DNA of 64,000 nt from the NCBI GenBank assembly GCA_003559855.1, contig PWJZ01000124.1, positions 40,580-104,579 of the forward strand. The letters are read 5' to 3'. Positions 9,799-19,937 of the stretch are shown here, in pieces. This DNA is from Bacteroidales bacterium. Its GTDB lineage: Bacteria; Bacteroidota; Bacteroidia; Bacteroidales; UBA7960. The position numbers and the translations under genes were made by a program. The notes beneath the pieces were generated by a model. That model saw only the letters and a list, made by a program, of their open reading frames with translations. It did no database searches and was not told the origin of the DNA. Every line of letters begins with the position of its first letter. Within the stretch, counting starts at the first letter, position 1.

Positions 9799-10572
9799 AT
9801 GAGAAAATTATTTTTTATTCCGATTATCGGTTTAGTTATGATGTTTTCCGGATGCCCTGTTGAGGAGGTAGAAGAACCGGAAAAAGTATGGAAAAAGAAG
9901 GCTAAGGTTGCCGTTTTGGTAACCGATGGTTTTCATGATGGTGAAGCTTTCATGCCGATTGGTTATTTGGCTAATAAAGGCATACATAGCGTTGTTATAG
10001 GACCTGAAAAAGGGATTGTCAAAGCCTACAATTCTGATTTTAAAATTAAGATTCATAAGGCTGTTGAAGATGTGTCGGTCGATTATTTTGATGCATTGAT
10101 AATTCCTGGCGGTAAAGCACCTTCTAAATTACGTGAGGATGAAGCAGTGGTTGAATGGGTAAGGGAGTTTTACAAAACCGGTAAAACAGTTGCTGCAATA
10201 TGCCACGGACCGCAAGTGCTGATAACTGCAGGTGTGCTTGAAGGTAAAAAAGCAACCGGATTTGGCGGCATTAAGGAGGAACTGGAAGAAGCCGGAGTAG
10301 TATATAAAGATAAATCGGTTGTTATTGATGAAAATATCATTACTTCAAGAACTCCCCCCGATCTCTACGACTTTAGCCGGGCAATAGCAAAAAGTATTAT
10401 GCCGGAAAAATATGAAAAGAAGAAAATAGAGAAAAAAGATGAGGTGGAAAAAAAGGAGAGAGTAGAGAAAAAGGAGAAAGTAGAGAAAAAGAAGGAGGTA
10501 GAGAAAAAGGAAAAAATAGAGAAAAAGGAGGAAGCAGAGAAAAAGGAGGAAGCAGAGAAAAAGGAGATGTAA
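9799..10572 (+). CDS. DJ-1/PfpI family protein with a lipoprotein signal peptide and a Lys/Glu-rich repeat tail
   Basis: AAICHGPQVL nucleophile-elbow motif of PfpI/DJ-1. N-terminal MMFSGC lipobox. The C-terminal ~50 aa are (V/I/A)EKK(E/K)x repeats. Confidence 0.8.
   Translation: MRKLFFIPIIGLVMMFSGCPVEEVEEPEKVWKKKAKVAVLVTDGFHDGEAFMPIGYLANKGIHSVVIGPEKGIVKAYNSDFKIKIHKAVEDVSVDYFDALIIPGGKAPSKLREDEAVVEWVREFYKTGKTVAAICHGPQVLITAGVLEGKKATGFGGIKEELEEAGVVYKDKSVVIDENIITSRTPPDLYDFSRAIAKSIMPEKYEKKKIEKKDEVEKKERVEKKEKVEKKKEVEKKEKIEKKEEAEKKEEAEKKEM
10411..10569 (+). repeat. about 18-nt coding tandem repeat (gagaaaaaggag-type units)
   Basis: Repeated gtagagaaaaaggagaaa, gcagagaaaaaggaggaa and similar units are visible directly in the sequence. 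Confidence 0.85.
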
Positions 10573-10626
10573 GAAAAAGACATAGTTTAACAGATTGTTT
10601 TCAAGTATTAAAAGTAGGTTAATAAT

Positions 10627-10689
10627 AAAAAACCATTAAACTGTCAGTATGGAATATGCTATATAAGAGGGCAGTTTAATGGTTTTTTT
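10627..10689 (+). terminator. intrinsic terminator downstream of the DJ-1/PfpI gene
   Basis: AACCATTAAACTG (10631-10643) pairs with CAGTTTAATGGTT (10672-10684), followed by a T7 run. The loop is large. Confidence 0.6.
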
Positions 10690-10895
10690 ATTGATACCTG
10701 GATTTGTCCGGCACGTGAAATTACTTAAAAAACTGAAAAATCCGGTCAACAGGTTCAAACTCCCCAATACAAAACTTAAAATAAATCCCTAACTCAAAAT
10801 CAATTTTTATTCTATTATTTCATTAATTTTGATTTTTAAGATTTTGGAAATTATTTTTTTGGTTAATCAGGCTTTGTTTATTGACAACAATAATT

Positions 10896-11327
10896 ATGCA
10901 ATATATCATTAGCAATATTACTATCTATCATTTCATTGACTGGTTTTTTCTTATTTTTCATTCCTTACTGATATTATTTGTTTTGTTTGGATGGATCCGG
11001 AAATCCTTACGGTTATATCATCTTATCCTGATGGTTCTGACGCTTGGTTCCTGGACGGTGTTGAGTTATTTATTATATGGTAGTTTGGGGTATTGTCCTT
11101 TTACCGACTGGCATTTTTGGGCATTACGGGAGCTGGGTTATACCGGTTTGCCTGCTTCATATGTCAGTTATTTGTTTCAGAGAATATTGAATCTCGAGCT
11201 TTCACAGACATTTATTGATATTCTGACCGAGGGGCTTGGCGTGGTTACATTTGTTCTGTCTTTGGTACTCAATACCAGGGATTTTTTAAACAAAAGAAGA
11301 CAAAAGGGTTCTGAACCCGTGGCATAA
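10896..11327 (+). CDS. small membrane protein, DUF2784-like
   Basis: Four hydrophobic segments and a CPFTDWHFWALRE motif resembling the DUF2784 CPLT..E..LR signature. The ATG at 10896 is preferred over the TTG at 10881. Confidence 0.55.
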   Translation: MQYIISNITIYHFIDWFFLIFHSLLILFVLFGWIRKSLRLYHLILMVLTLGSWTVLSYLLYGSLGYCPFTDWHFWALRELGYTGLPASYVSYLFQRILNLELSQTFIDILTEGLGVVTFVLSLVLNTRDFLNKRRQKGSEPVA

Positions 11328-11404
11328 TATCACTTTTTATACCAAAGTGTGGAAGGTGTCAATTCACAAAACAACTTTGCCGCATTGTTTACTTTTTTGA
11401 AGGA

Positions 11405-12493
11405 TCAGACGTTAAATCGGATATTCATAATATCTCCATCCTGCACAATGTAGTTTTTTCCTTCGATATATAATTTTCCGGCATTTTTACATGCTTGTTC
11501 CGAGCCCAGTTCGGCGAAGTCATCATATTTCATTACCTCAGCTCTTATGAATCCTCGTTCGAGGTCGGTATGTACCACTCCGGCAGCCTGTGGTGCCGTC
11601 ATGCCTTTGCGTATTGTCCAGGCTCTTGCTTCCTTGTGTTTTATGGTAAAAAAGGTTTGCAGGTCAAGCAATTCGTAGGCTTTTCGAACCAGCTTGTTCA
11701 CTCCCGGCTCTTCAATGCCGAGGTCCTTGAGAAATTCAATCCTGTCGGCCGGATAGTCAAGCTCTGCTATTTCTGCTTCAGCTTTGGCTGCGATGATCAG
11801 TATTGTTGCATTTTCTTCCTTCAATGCTTCCCTTACATTATCAGAGTATTTATTGCCTTTGGCAGCCAAATGCTCATCAACATTGCAAACGTAAAGAACC
11901 GGTTTTATGCTGAGCAAAAAGCAATCATCCAGGTACTTCTTACCCCTGTCGGCAGTTTTAAAATCAACTGCACGTTGTCCGTTTTCAAGGTGTTCGAGAA
12001 GTTCCGATAAGATCGCTGCACCATGCACAGCTTCTTTATCACCTGCTTTAGCATCCTTCTTATATTTTTCGAGTTTTTTTTCTGCTGTTTCGATATCTTT
12101 GGAAATAAGCTCAAGATCAACGATTTCTTTGTCGCGTAGCGGGTCTATACTGCCTTCAATGTGCGGCACCGAATCATCTTCAAAACATCTGAGCACATGT
12201 ATCAGGGCATCGGTTTGCCTTATATCGGCCAGAAAACGGTTGCCTCCGTTCTTGCCCGAACCGCCCCTTTGCAATCCGGGTATGTCGGCAATTTCTACAG
12301 TAGTGGGCACTTTCTTTTCCGGCTTAACCATGCGGTAAAGAACATCAAGCCTCGGGTCGGGCACTTCTACCTGCCCAAGATTGGTTTTACCGCCGGCACC
12401 TATACCCACAGAAGCTTTGCTTTTCGACAAACAATTGAAAAGAGTTGTCTTGCCTGTGCCGGCCATTCCGATAATTCCACACTTTAACGACAT
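11405..12493 (-). CDS. ychF: redox-regulated ribosome-binding ATPase YchF
   Basis: P-loop GIIGMAGTGKTTLFN. The C-terminal TGS-like end GKNYIVQDGDIMNIRFNV is typical of YchF. Confidence 0.9.
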   Translation of the reverse strand: MSLKCGIIGMAGTGKTTLFNCLSKSKASVGIGAGGKTNLGQVEVPDPRLDVLYRMVKPEKKVPTTVEIADIPGLQRGGSGKNGGNRFLADIRQTDALIHVLRCFEDDSVPHIEGSIDPLRDKEIVDLELISKDIETAEKKLEKYKKDAKAGDKEAVHGAAILSELLEHLENGQRAVDFKTADRGKKYLDDCFLLSIKPVLYVCNVDEHLAAKGNKYSDNVREALKEENATILIIAAKAEAEIAELDYPADRIEFLKDLGIEEPGVNKLVRKAYELLDLQTFFTIKHKEARAWTIRKGMTAPQAAGVVHTDLERGFIRAEVMKYDDFAELGSEQACKNAGKLYIEGKNYIVQDGDIMNIRFNV

Positions 12494-12514
12494 GCTTTTA
12501 TAGCTTTTTGTTTA

Positions 12515-12522
12515 CAAATGTA
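12515..12522 (-). promoter_or_regulatory. candidate Bacteroidota -7 box (TACATTTG) for ychF
   Basis: Matches TAnnTTTG on the minus strand, 21 nt upstream of the ychF ATG. Confidence 0.4.
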
Positions 12523-12749
12523 AGGAATAGATAAAATGTTTTTTCGTTTTTTATAATGAATGATAATGTTTGATTTCATTTTGTTAATAATAGTGTTGAA
12601 AAAAAAAATAAAATTCTGACAAAAAAACAGGATATTTTAATACATTTATCGCATGATTGGTAAACTTAATTTTATGATATGTGAAATGATTGCATTTTTA
12701 TCTATTTCAACAATATTTTAATATTAAAAAATAGTTGCATGTTTTTTTT

Positions 12750-12757
12750 TAATTTTG
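12750..12757 (+). promoter_or_regulatory. candidate Bacteroidota -7 box (TAATTTTG) upstream of the TPR gene
   Basis: Matches TAnnTTTG, 86 nt upstream of the ATG at 12843. Confidence 0.3.
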
Positions 12758-12842
12758 CAACACAATCATCAGGCGGTTTTTTTAATTATGACCTTGATCA
12801 TTGGAGTTATTGCTAATTATAACAGATGCCAGCTAAAGAATC

Positions 12843-14243
12843 ATGAACTTAAACATATTTGATAAGCAAAGCAAGCCTCCCTGGCAGGTAAGGAAATATG
12901 AGGAATTATTGAGGCAGCAAAAGCCTGTTTATTTTGATATTGATGATTTTGAAGTTATAATTGATTATTATTTCATAAAGGGTCAATTAAGAAAAACTTT
13001 CAAAACTGTTAATTACGCATCGTCTTTACACAAATCTTCTTCAACGTTGATGTTGAAAAGGGCACAGGTATTGGCAGCCGCCGGAAAAGAGATCAGTGCC
13101 CTTGATGTTCTGGCGGGTCTTGAATCGCTCGAACCTTCAAACCCCGATATTTTTCTTACAAAAGGAGCTATATTTTCGCAGATGAAAAAATATGAAAAAG
13201 CGATCGAGGAATACAGTAAAGCCGTTAATGATGCTGATAATCCTGATTATGTCTATTGTAATATTGCTTTCGAATACGAAAATATGGGCAATTACAATAA
13301 AACCCTTGAATATCTTGGAAAAGCACTTGAAATAAATCCTGAAAATGACCTTGCCATTTATGAAGCCGCTTATTGTTTCGACCTTTTGAGTCTCAACGAA
13401 GAAAGCATATCATTTTTTACAAATCTTATTGACAGGCATCCTTATTCCGTTGAGGCATGGTTCAACCTGGGTATTTCATACATCAATTCGGGTCTTTATG
13501 AAAAATCGCATGAAGCTTTTGATTATGCTATCGCAATAGATGAAAACCATTCACCTTCATGGTTTCAGAAAGGTTTTATTTATGGTATTACGGACGATTA
13601 TTCCGAAGCAGTCAAATGCTATCTTAGATCGATAGAAAAAGATGAGCAGGATATTATGAAATTTTATTATATAGGCGAGTGCTATGAAAAGATGGAAGAT
13701 TATCACGAGTCTGCAAAATATTACAGGATATGTCTTGACAGAGACGATTCATTTGCCGAGGCATGGATGGGTCTCGGTGTATGCTGCTCTGAACTGGATG
13801 ATACTAAATCGGCTTTGAATCACTTTGAAAAAGCTTTGTTGCTTGAACCTGATAATACAGTTTGCCTTTGCTTGTTAGCCGAAACACACATGAGCCTTAA
13901 CATGTTTGATAAAGCCGGGGAGTATTTCAAGCAAGCTTTGAAGATAAACCCGAAGGAGAAAAATATATGGCTCGATTATGCTGAAGCTTTTTTTTGCGAA
14001 GGGAAAACCAAGGAAGCAATAAAAATATTATCCGAAGCATACGAAGAATTACCGGACGAGTCAGAGATATTATATAAAATAGCTCAATATCTGTTTCAGC
14101 AGGGAAGAAATCATGAAGCATCTTATTTTCTTGAGGAAGCGCTAATGATTAACTACGAGGCTCATAATACTCTCATAAAAAATTATCCTGCTATTCTTAA
14201 TAATCCAACTTTCATGGAATTGATAGAAATTTATAGACCATAA
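12843..14243 (+). CDS. tetratricopeptide (TPR) repeat protein
   Basis: Multiple 34-aa repeats with an A/Y/F..G..Y..A...Y.KAL...P pattern, for example YEKAIEEYSKAV and YNKTLEYLGKALEINPEN. Confidence 0.8.
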   Translation: MNLNIFDKQSKPPWQVRKYEELLRQQKPVYFDIDDFEVIIDYYFIKGQLRKTFKTVNYASSLHKSSSTLMLKRAQVLAAAGKEISALDVLAGLESLEPSNPDIFLTKGAIFSQMKKYEKAIEEYSKAVNDADNPDYVYCNIAFEYENMGNYNKTLEYLGKALEINPENDLAIYEAAYCFDLLSLNEESISFFTNLIDRHPYSVEAWFNLGISYINSGLYEKSHEAFDYAIAIDENHSPSWFQKGFIYGITDDYSEAVKCYLRSIEKDEQDIMKFYYIGECYEKMEDYHESAKYYRICLDRDDSFAEAWMGLGVCCSELDDTKSALNHFEKALLLEPDNTVCLCLLAETHMSLNMFDKAGEYFKQALKINPKEKNIWLDYAEAFFCEGKTKEAIKILSEAYEELPDESEILYKIAQYLFQQGRNHEASYFLEEALMINYEAHNTLIKNYPAILNNPTFMELIEIYRP

Positions 14244-14277
14244 TAATTTTTATTTTAACAGTAAAAAACTTTAAATT

Positions 14278-15063
14278 ATGGAGTTACCTTTTTTGCCTGA
14301 GCGGGAAAAAAAACCCAGGGAAACAGGTGTTACGATGATGATGGACAAGGGTATCGGGGTTGGTCAGGTGCGTGATCTCATATCGGTTGCCGGTAATTTT
14401 ATTGATTTTGCCAAGCTGGGTTTCGGGACTTCCCTTGTATGCGGACATTCAAAAGAAAAGGTGAAAGTTTACAGAGACGCAGGTATTAAAGTGTTTGTAG
14501 GGGGGACGTTGTTTGAAGCTTGTGCAATAAGAAATATGATCGATGAATTTAAGAGGTTTGTCACTGAACTTGGTGTTGATGCTGTAGAGGTGTCCGACGG
14601 CTCAATAGTGATGGATCACGATGAGAAGTGCAAACATATAGGCAATTTTGCCAGGGATTTTACTGTGTTAAGCGAAGTTGGTGCAAAGGAAGATGATATT
14701 TTTATCGATCCCGACAAATGGGCGGAACATATGGAAAGTGAACTTGACGCTGGAAGCAGCTATGTTATAGCAGAAGCCCGTGAAACCGGAACCGTAGGTA
14801 TATACAAAAAGGATGGCACAGCCGATATATCAATAATAAATGATATTTTAAAAAAAATACCATCCAGGCAAATCTTATGGGAGGCGCCCCAAAAACAACA
14901 ACAAGCGTGGTTTATCAAACTGATAGGTGCAAACGTGAACCTGGGCAATATAGCACCTGTTGATGTTATACCTCTTGAAACATTAAGGCTCGGACTGCGC
15001 GGCGATACTTTTTTTGAGTTTTTACCCGAAGAATACCAGAAATATAAGCTCAAAAAGAAATAG
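14278..15063 (+). CDS. comA: phosphosulfolactate synthase (ComA family)
   Basis: LPFLPEREKKPRETGVTMMMDKG...FIDFAKLGFGTS matches the N-terminal signature of (2R)-phospho-3-sulfolactate synthase. The ~260-aa length fits. Confidence 0.7.
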   Translation: MELPFLPEREKKPRETGVTMMMDKGIGVGQVRDLISVAGNFIDFAKLGFGTSLVCGHSKEKVKVYRDAGIKVFVGGTLFEACAIRNMIDEFKRFVTELGVDAVEVSDGSIVMDHDEKCKHIGNFARDFTVLSEVGAKEDDIFIDPDKWAEHMESELDAGSSYVIAEARETGTVGIYKKDGTADISIINDILKKIPSRQILWEAPQKQQQAWFIKLIGANVNLGNIAPVDVIPLETLRLGLRGDTFFEFLPEEYQKYKLKKK

Positions 15064-15369
15064 AGCAGGTAATGTTATTAATGCTGGCTCTGCCGGATAG
15101 CCGCAGCTAACTGTCTGACAGGTTCAAAACAAATTTTTGTCAGATAAAACCCTCATTAACTGACGTTCACAATAAGGATATGAATAGCAGTTACGGATTA
15201 TGGGTAAGATATAAGTTGAAAGTGACAGTAATTGAACGCGGATAAAGCGGATTATACGTATGTTTGCAGGCAAGTGATGCCGGCGGCTATAAGCATAATC
15301 TGCGCTTCCCGGGTTTTAGCAGCTTCTAATATACGCGGTTATCACCGCTACATTAAAACAATTACACAA

Positions 15370-16317
15370 ATGAAGAATACCATTCATACACTACTGTTGT
15401 TCTTAAGAGGCATGAGTATGGGAGCTGCAGACGTGATACCCGGTGTGTCGGGCGGTACGATGGCTCTTATAACGGGTATTTACAAAAAGCTTGTTGACAG
15501 TATTAAATCTATAAACCTTGAATTTTTCAGGCTGTTGGTTCAAAAGAAACCCGTTTTGGCCTGGAAACAGATAAACGGCAATTTTCTTGCTGCGGTTTTT
15601 TCAGGAGCGCTGGTCAGTATATTTTCACTTGCAAAGTTAATATCATGGTTGCTCGAATATCACCAGATTTTGGTTTGGGCATTCTTCTTCGGTTTGATAG
15701 CAGCTTCGGCGATCTATGTCGGCAGAAAGATCAATAATTGGAATACATTGACCGTCATTTTTATATTGGCAGGTACAGTGGCTGCATTTTATATTACCCT
15801 GGCAGCCCCGGCAACTACACCAGAAACATTATATTATGTTTTTTTTAGCGGCTCAGTGGCGGTTTGTGCAATGATACTGCCGGGTATATCAGGAAGCTTT
15901 ATACTCCTGCTGTTAGGTAAATATGAGTATATTATCAATGCCGTTAATATAATTGATCTTGAAGTGCTAGCTGTTTTTGCAGGAGGGTGCGTAATAGGGC
16001 TTATACTTTTTTCCAACATCATTTCATGGCTTCTGAAAAAATATTATGACTACACCATTGCTATACTTACGGGATTAATGGTGGGTTCGCTCAACAAATT
16101 ATGGCCATGGAAAGAAATCCTGGAAACAAGGCTGAACGTACATGGTGAAGAAGTACCATTTATTGAAAGGAGCATTTTTCCGTGGCAATATCAGCAAATT
16201 TACGATTCTGATCCATTATTGCTGCCGGTTATCGTATCAATGCTTACCGGACTCATTATAATATTTCTAATAAATTACCTGGTAAAGTTTAACTATAGAA
16301 AGACAGGGAAAAGCTGA
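15370..16317 (+). CDS. DUF368 family membrane protein
   Basis: GAADVIPGVSGGTMALITGIY, and a second PGISGSFILLLLG half-repeat, are characteristic of DUF368. The ATG at 15370 is preferred; the listed TTG at 15232 adds a non-hydrophobic extension over a repeat-rich intergenic region. Confidence 0.8.
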   Translation: MKNTIHTLLLFLRGMSMGAADVIPGVSGGTMALITGIYKKLVDSIKSINLEFFRLLVQKKPVLAWKQINGNFLAAVFSGALVSIFSLAKLISWLLEYHQILVWAFFFGLIAASAIYVGRKINNWNTLTVIFILAGTVAAFYITLAAPATTPETLYYVFFSGSVAVCAMILPGISGSFILLLLGKYEYIINAVNIIDLEVLAVFAGGCVIGLILFSNIISWLLKKYYDYTIAILTGLMVGSLNKLWPWKEILETRLNVHGEEVPFIERSIFPWQYQQIYDSDPLLLPVIVSMLTGLIIIFLINYLVKFNYRKTGKS

Positions 16318-16884
16318 TCATTTCCTATACCGCAATATCCAGCCGAAAACAATGACAAGTGTAAAGATCGCTCCGCTGATTATGCCCGCCAACGGATTAA
16401 CACCCTCAATCTTCTCGAAATAGAGCCTGTAAAACCCGAAACCTATCGCATATAAACCGGCCATTAACATAAGAAGGAAAAGAATATTGTCAAAGGCTTT
16501 CTCAAGTTTCCTGTTTTTATGGGATGTGCCGGCTGATCTGTGCGCATAATAAGGATTTTGTGCATATTTGTAATTATGATATGATCTTCTGCCCTGGTGG
16601 TAATAAACCTTTTGACTACGGTAGCCCATGTTAAGCCTGTAATCATAAAGACGTCTCTTTTTGTCGTTCTTTAATACCTGGTAAGCCTCATTCAAAAGCT
16701 GAAACTTTTCCTTTGAATTTTTATCGGTATTGGTATCAGGATGGCATGCTTTGGCTTTGGTACGGTACGCACGCTTTATAGTCTCTAAGGAAGAGGTTTG
16801 TGAAATACCTAATATTTTATAATAGTTTTTCAAACCAAAAATTTTAAAGAAGAACAATATACAAAGAAAAAAAACAAAAGTCAA
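16318..16884 (-). CDS. J-domain (DnaJ-like) membrane-anchored protein
   Basis: NYYKILGISQTSSLETIKRAYRTKAKACHPD contains the HPD tripeptide. Two C-terminal hydrophobic helices. Start uncertain (TTG). Confidence 0.75.
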   Translation of the reverse strand: MTFVFFLCILFFFKIFGLKNYYKILGISQTSSLETIKRAYRTKAKACHPDTNTDKNSKEKFQLLNEAYQVLKNDKKRRLYDYRLNMGYRSQKVYYHQGRRSYHNYKYAQNPYYAHRSAGTSHKNRKLEKAFDNILFLLMLMAGLYAIGFGFYRLYFEKIEGVNPLAGIISGAIFTLVIVFGWILRYRK

Positions 16885-16953
16885 TAAAGAAAACAGACGA
16901 TTTTTCCGGCCTGTATTAACTCAATCATTGATGTTCAACTGAAACCTGCTTTC

Positions 16954-18279
16954 CTATGTTTCCTTCCTGCCGGTTATATTTCGGGAGTCAAAATCAACAA
17001 CAGGAGATTGCTCCGTCAGGGTTACACTCATTTCAGACGTTGGATACTGGTATATCTTGAGATCAAAAAATGATATTACTGACAGAATATGATCAAATAT
17101 GTCAGCCTGAATGTTTTCATAGTTAACCCACTCAACAGTTTTTGCAAAACAATAAACTTCAAGGGGCAATCCTTTTTCATTAGGTTGCAATTGTCGTACC
17201 ATATATATTTGATCCTGTATTACAAGAGGATGATTAGCAAGGTAGTTGGTAATATATCTCCTGAATGTTCCAAGGTTTGTCATTCGCCTGCCATTTACCG
17301 GGCTGGAAGGATCGAAGTTATGTTTTTTGTTGTATTCATCGATCTCTTTCTTTCTTGTTTTAATATAGTCTTTCAGGTAATGTATTTTCTCAAATCTGGC
17401 AAGCATCTCTTCATCACAGAAGCGTATAGTCCTCATATCAATATAAATATGCCTCATTATCCTTCTTCCGCCACATTCAACCATTCCTCTCCAGTTTTTA
17501 AAACCTTCCGAAATAAGAGCATAAGTTGGAATGACTGAGATCGTCCGGTCCCAATTTTGCACCAGTACCGTATGTAATGTAATGTCTGTAACGTCGCCGT
17601 CGGCACCATATTTGGGCATTTCAATCCAGTCGCCTATCTGAACAAGATCGTTGGCTGTAACCTGCACACCACCGACAAAACCCAGTATAGTGTCGCGAAA
17701 AACAAGAATTAAAATGGCTGTCATGGCACCAAGACCGGTCAGAAATACAACAGGTGAGCGGTCAAGTAATACCGAAAGTATAAGTATAGCGGCCACTATG
17801 CCTATAATGATCTTTAAAATCTGTACATAACCTTTTATAGGTCTTGCTCTGGCAATATCAAAAGTGTCGTATATGTCGGCAGCAGCATTCAGAAAAGCAT
17901 AAAGAACTATCCAGACAACAATGATAATGTAAACATTGGTGATAAGGTAAGTCAGATCGGCAAGCCGTGGATATTCTCCCAGGATCAAAGGTCCTAAAGC
18001 ATAAATGATTATTATCGGTACCAAATGCGAAAGCCTTCTGAAAACCTTATTCTTAACCATGAATTTAATCCACTGGCTTTTGCTTTTAGCAGCAAATTTC
18101 CAGATCAAGGCCAGAATTACATTCTTGGCTATCCAGTTTAAAAGAAAAGCTAAAACGGCTAAAAACAATATTGATATTACTGCCTTGGAGTAATAAACAG
18201 CTTCGGGTGACAATCCGAAAGAATCAAGTGTTGTTGTTAACCATTGATCTAAAGATGAAAAAACCGAAAGAAATACCAT
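16954..18279 (-). CDS. mechanosensitive ion channel family protein (MscS-like)
   Basis: N-terminal TM helices followed by the MscS beta-domain pattern ANDLVQIGDWIEMPKYGADGDVTDITLHTVLVQNWDRTISVIPTYALIS. Confidence 0.8.
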   Translation of the reverse strand: MVFLSVFSSLDQWLTTTLDSFGLSPEAVYYSKAVISILFLAVLAFLLNWIAKNVILALIWKFAAKSKSQWIKFMVKNKVFRRLSHLVPIIIIYALGPLILGEYPRLADLTYLITNVYIIIVVWIVLYAFLNAAADIYDTFDIARARPIKGYVQILKIIIGIVAAILILSVLLDRSPVVFLTGLGAMTAILILVFRDTILGFVGGVQVTANDLVQIGDWIEMPKYGADGDVTDITLHTVLVQNWDRTISVIPTYALISEGFKNWRGMVECGGRRIMRHIYIDMRTIRFCDEEMLARFEKIHYLKDYIKTRKKEIDEYNKKHNFDPSSPVNGRRMTNLGTFRRYITNYLANHPLVIQDQIYMVRQLQPNEKGLPLEVYCFAKTVEWVNYENIQADIFDHILSVISFFDLKIYQYPTSEMSVTLTEQSPVVDFDSRNITGRKET

Positions 18280-18674
18280 TTTTTTATTATTTAGTATTAA
18301 GTATTAAGCAGTATGACCATTATATTTTTTTGCATGATATTGGTAACCGGCAACTGCAAACTGCTAAAACCGCTAGTTGGCGGTTTGTAATACGGTAATA
18401 TCAGGCTTGTTATCCCACAAATATCTTGTTCACAAACTTACAAAATAATTAGAACCTTGTCGTAATAATGTTTAAATCATTTTGTTTGTAAAAACCTCAC
18501 CCACAAATTTGTAAGGATACGGAGAAAGCATAATGGGTTTTTATGACTAAAAGGGTATGACAGAAGATTTTTATAAATAAAGTTTAAAAAACTTGTACAA
18601 AAAGAAAAAAATATCGTTCTTTGCACTCCGTTTGAAACAAGTGAAAATTATTAAGGCTTAAAAAAGTTGATAAC

Positions 18675-18911
18675 ATGGCACGGGTTTGTCAAATTACAGG
18701 GAAAAAGCCCATTGTAGGGCATCGTGTTTCCCACTCAAATATTAAGACCAAAAGAAGGTTTCTGCCAAACTTGCAGGAAAAGAAGTTTTTTATACCCGAA
18801 GATAACCGTTGGATATCATTAAAGGTTTCTACCAAAGCCATACGTATGATCAATAAGAAGGGGATATCGGCGTGTCTGAAGGAGGCTCGCGAAAAGGGAT
18901 TTATAAAATAG
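18675..18911 (+). CDS. rpmB: 50S ribosomal protein L28
   Basis: [34 protein letters not shown] is the canonical L28 N-terminus. Confidence 0.95.
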   Translation: MARVCQITGKKPIVGHRVSHSNIKTKRRFLPNLQEKKFFIPEDNRWISLKVSTKAIRMINKKGISACLKEAREKGFIK

Positions 18912-18939
18912 TTTGTTTCGTGATTCAAATTTTTGGTTG

Positions 18940-18969
18940 ACGCCGCCTGTTGCCAGGTGGCGTTTTTTT
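18940..18969 (+). terminator. intrinsic terminator of rpmB
   Basis: ACGCCGCCTG ttgc CAGGTGGCGT stem (10 bp with one G-U pair), followed by T7. Confidence 0.85.
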
Positions 18970-19076
18970 ATTAATTTTGTTGACCGGGCAAGTTAATTTA
19001 ATGTTGAATTGTAAACATTATTAGTTATGGCATGCCTGATATTTTATTATAACAATTCTTATACCGATGAAGAGAT

Positions 19077-19724
19077 ATGCGTAAATTGTATATACTGATA
19101 ATATTATTTATGTTGCCGGTTTTTATAATTTTAGCGCTGGAAGACGATACCCGCGGGAAGTCACGCAGGGTAATTCAGCTTTCCGGTATTGTCCTGACGA
19201 GCGACAGTCTTAAGCCTTTACCATATGCAACGGTAATGATAAAAGCAACCCGCCGGGGCACCTCAACCGATTATTATGGGTTTTTTTCCATACCTGTCAG
19301 AGAACTTGACACTTTGGTTTTTTCATCGGTAGGATATAAAAGGGCTTATTATGTTATCCCGGATACCCTGGAGGAGTCAAAATATTCGGCTATTCAGATG
19401 CTTACAAGAGATACTATTCATCTTGATGAAACGGTTATTTATCCCTGGCCTACCCGCGAACAGTTCAGGCATGCATTCATTCATACCGAAGTACCCGACG
19501 ATGATTATGACCGCGCCATGAAAAACCTTGCAAGAGCTGAGATGAAAGAACGGCTTGCAAAGATGCCCATGGGTGCCGCTGCAAATTACCGCCACTATGT
19601 TAATCAGCATTCACAACAATTATATTATGCCGGCCAGCAACCACCAATGCATATATTTAACCCATTTGCATGGGCTCAATTTATAAAAGCATGGAGAGAA
19701 GGACGCTTCAGGCGAGATAGCTGA
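19077..19724 (+). CDS. carboxypeptidase-regulatory-like (CarboxypepD_reg) domain protein
   Basis: Signal/TM segment, then LSGIVLTSDSLKPLPYATVMIK...TSTDYYGFFSIPV...LVFSSVGYK, the typical CarboxypepD_reg pattern. Confidence 0.7.
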   Translation: MRKLYILIILFMLPVFIILALEDDTRGKSRRVIQLSGIVLTSDSLKPLPYATVMIKATRRGTSTDYYGFFSIPVRELDTLVFSSVGYKRAYYVIPDTLEESKYSAIQMLTRDTIHLDETVIYPWPTREQFRHAFIHTEVPDDDYDRAMKNLARAEMKERLAKMPMGAAANYRHYVNQHSQQLYYAGQQPPMHIFNPFAWAQFIKAWREGRFRRDS

Positions 19725-19937
19725 AAAACTGCCGCTGTCATATACAATATTTTAAGCATCATTTAGTTATATATTTTATAACTCCGGCGTTTATTGCAGG
19801 AATCACAATAATTCAGAACGTGCCGGGCTGACATGACATGCATATTATGTCACAGACACCAAATAAAAACTATTGAACAGATTGATCGTATCGGCAAGAT
19901 ATACAATAATTCAACAAATATTTAATATTTTCGCGGG

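Noticed and set aside
10365-10583. Ser/Phe-rich 72-aa antisense ORF
   Set aside because: It is the reverse complement of the Lys/Glu hexapeptide repeat of the DJ-1/PfpI gene and exists only because of that tandem repeat.
11495-12487. Several 70-171-aa ORFs overlapping ychF on both strands
   Set aside because: ychF is unambiguous (P-loop and TGS-like end) and occupies the locus. The overlapping ORFs lack any motif and have no independent start context.
15232-15369. 46-codon N-terminal extension of the DUF368 gene from a TTG
   Set aside because: The extension covers a repeat-bearing intergenic stretch and is not hydrophobic. The conserved DUF368 sequence begins right after the ATG at 15370.
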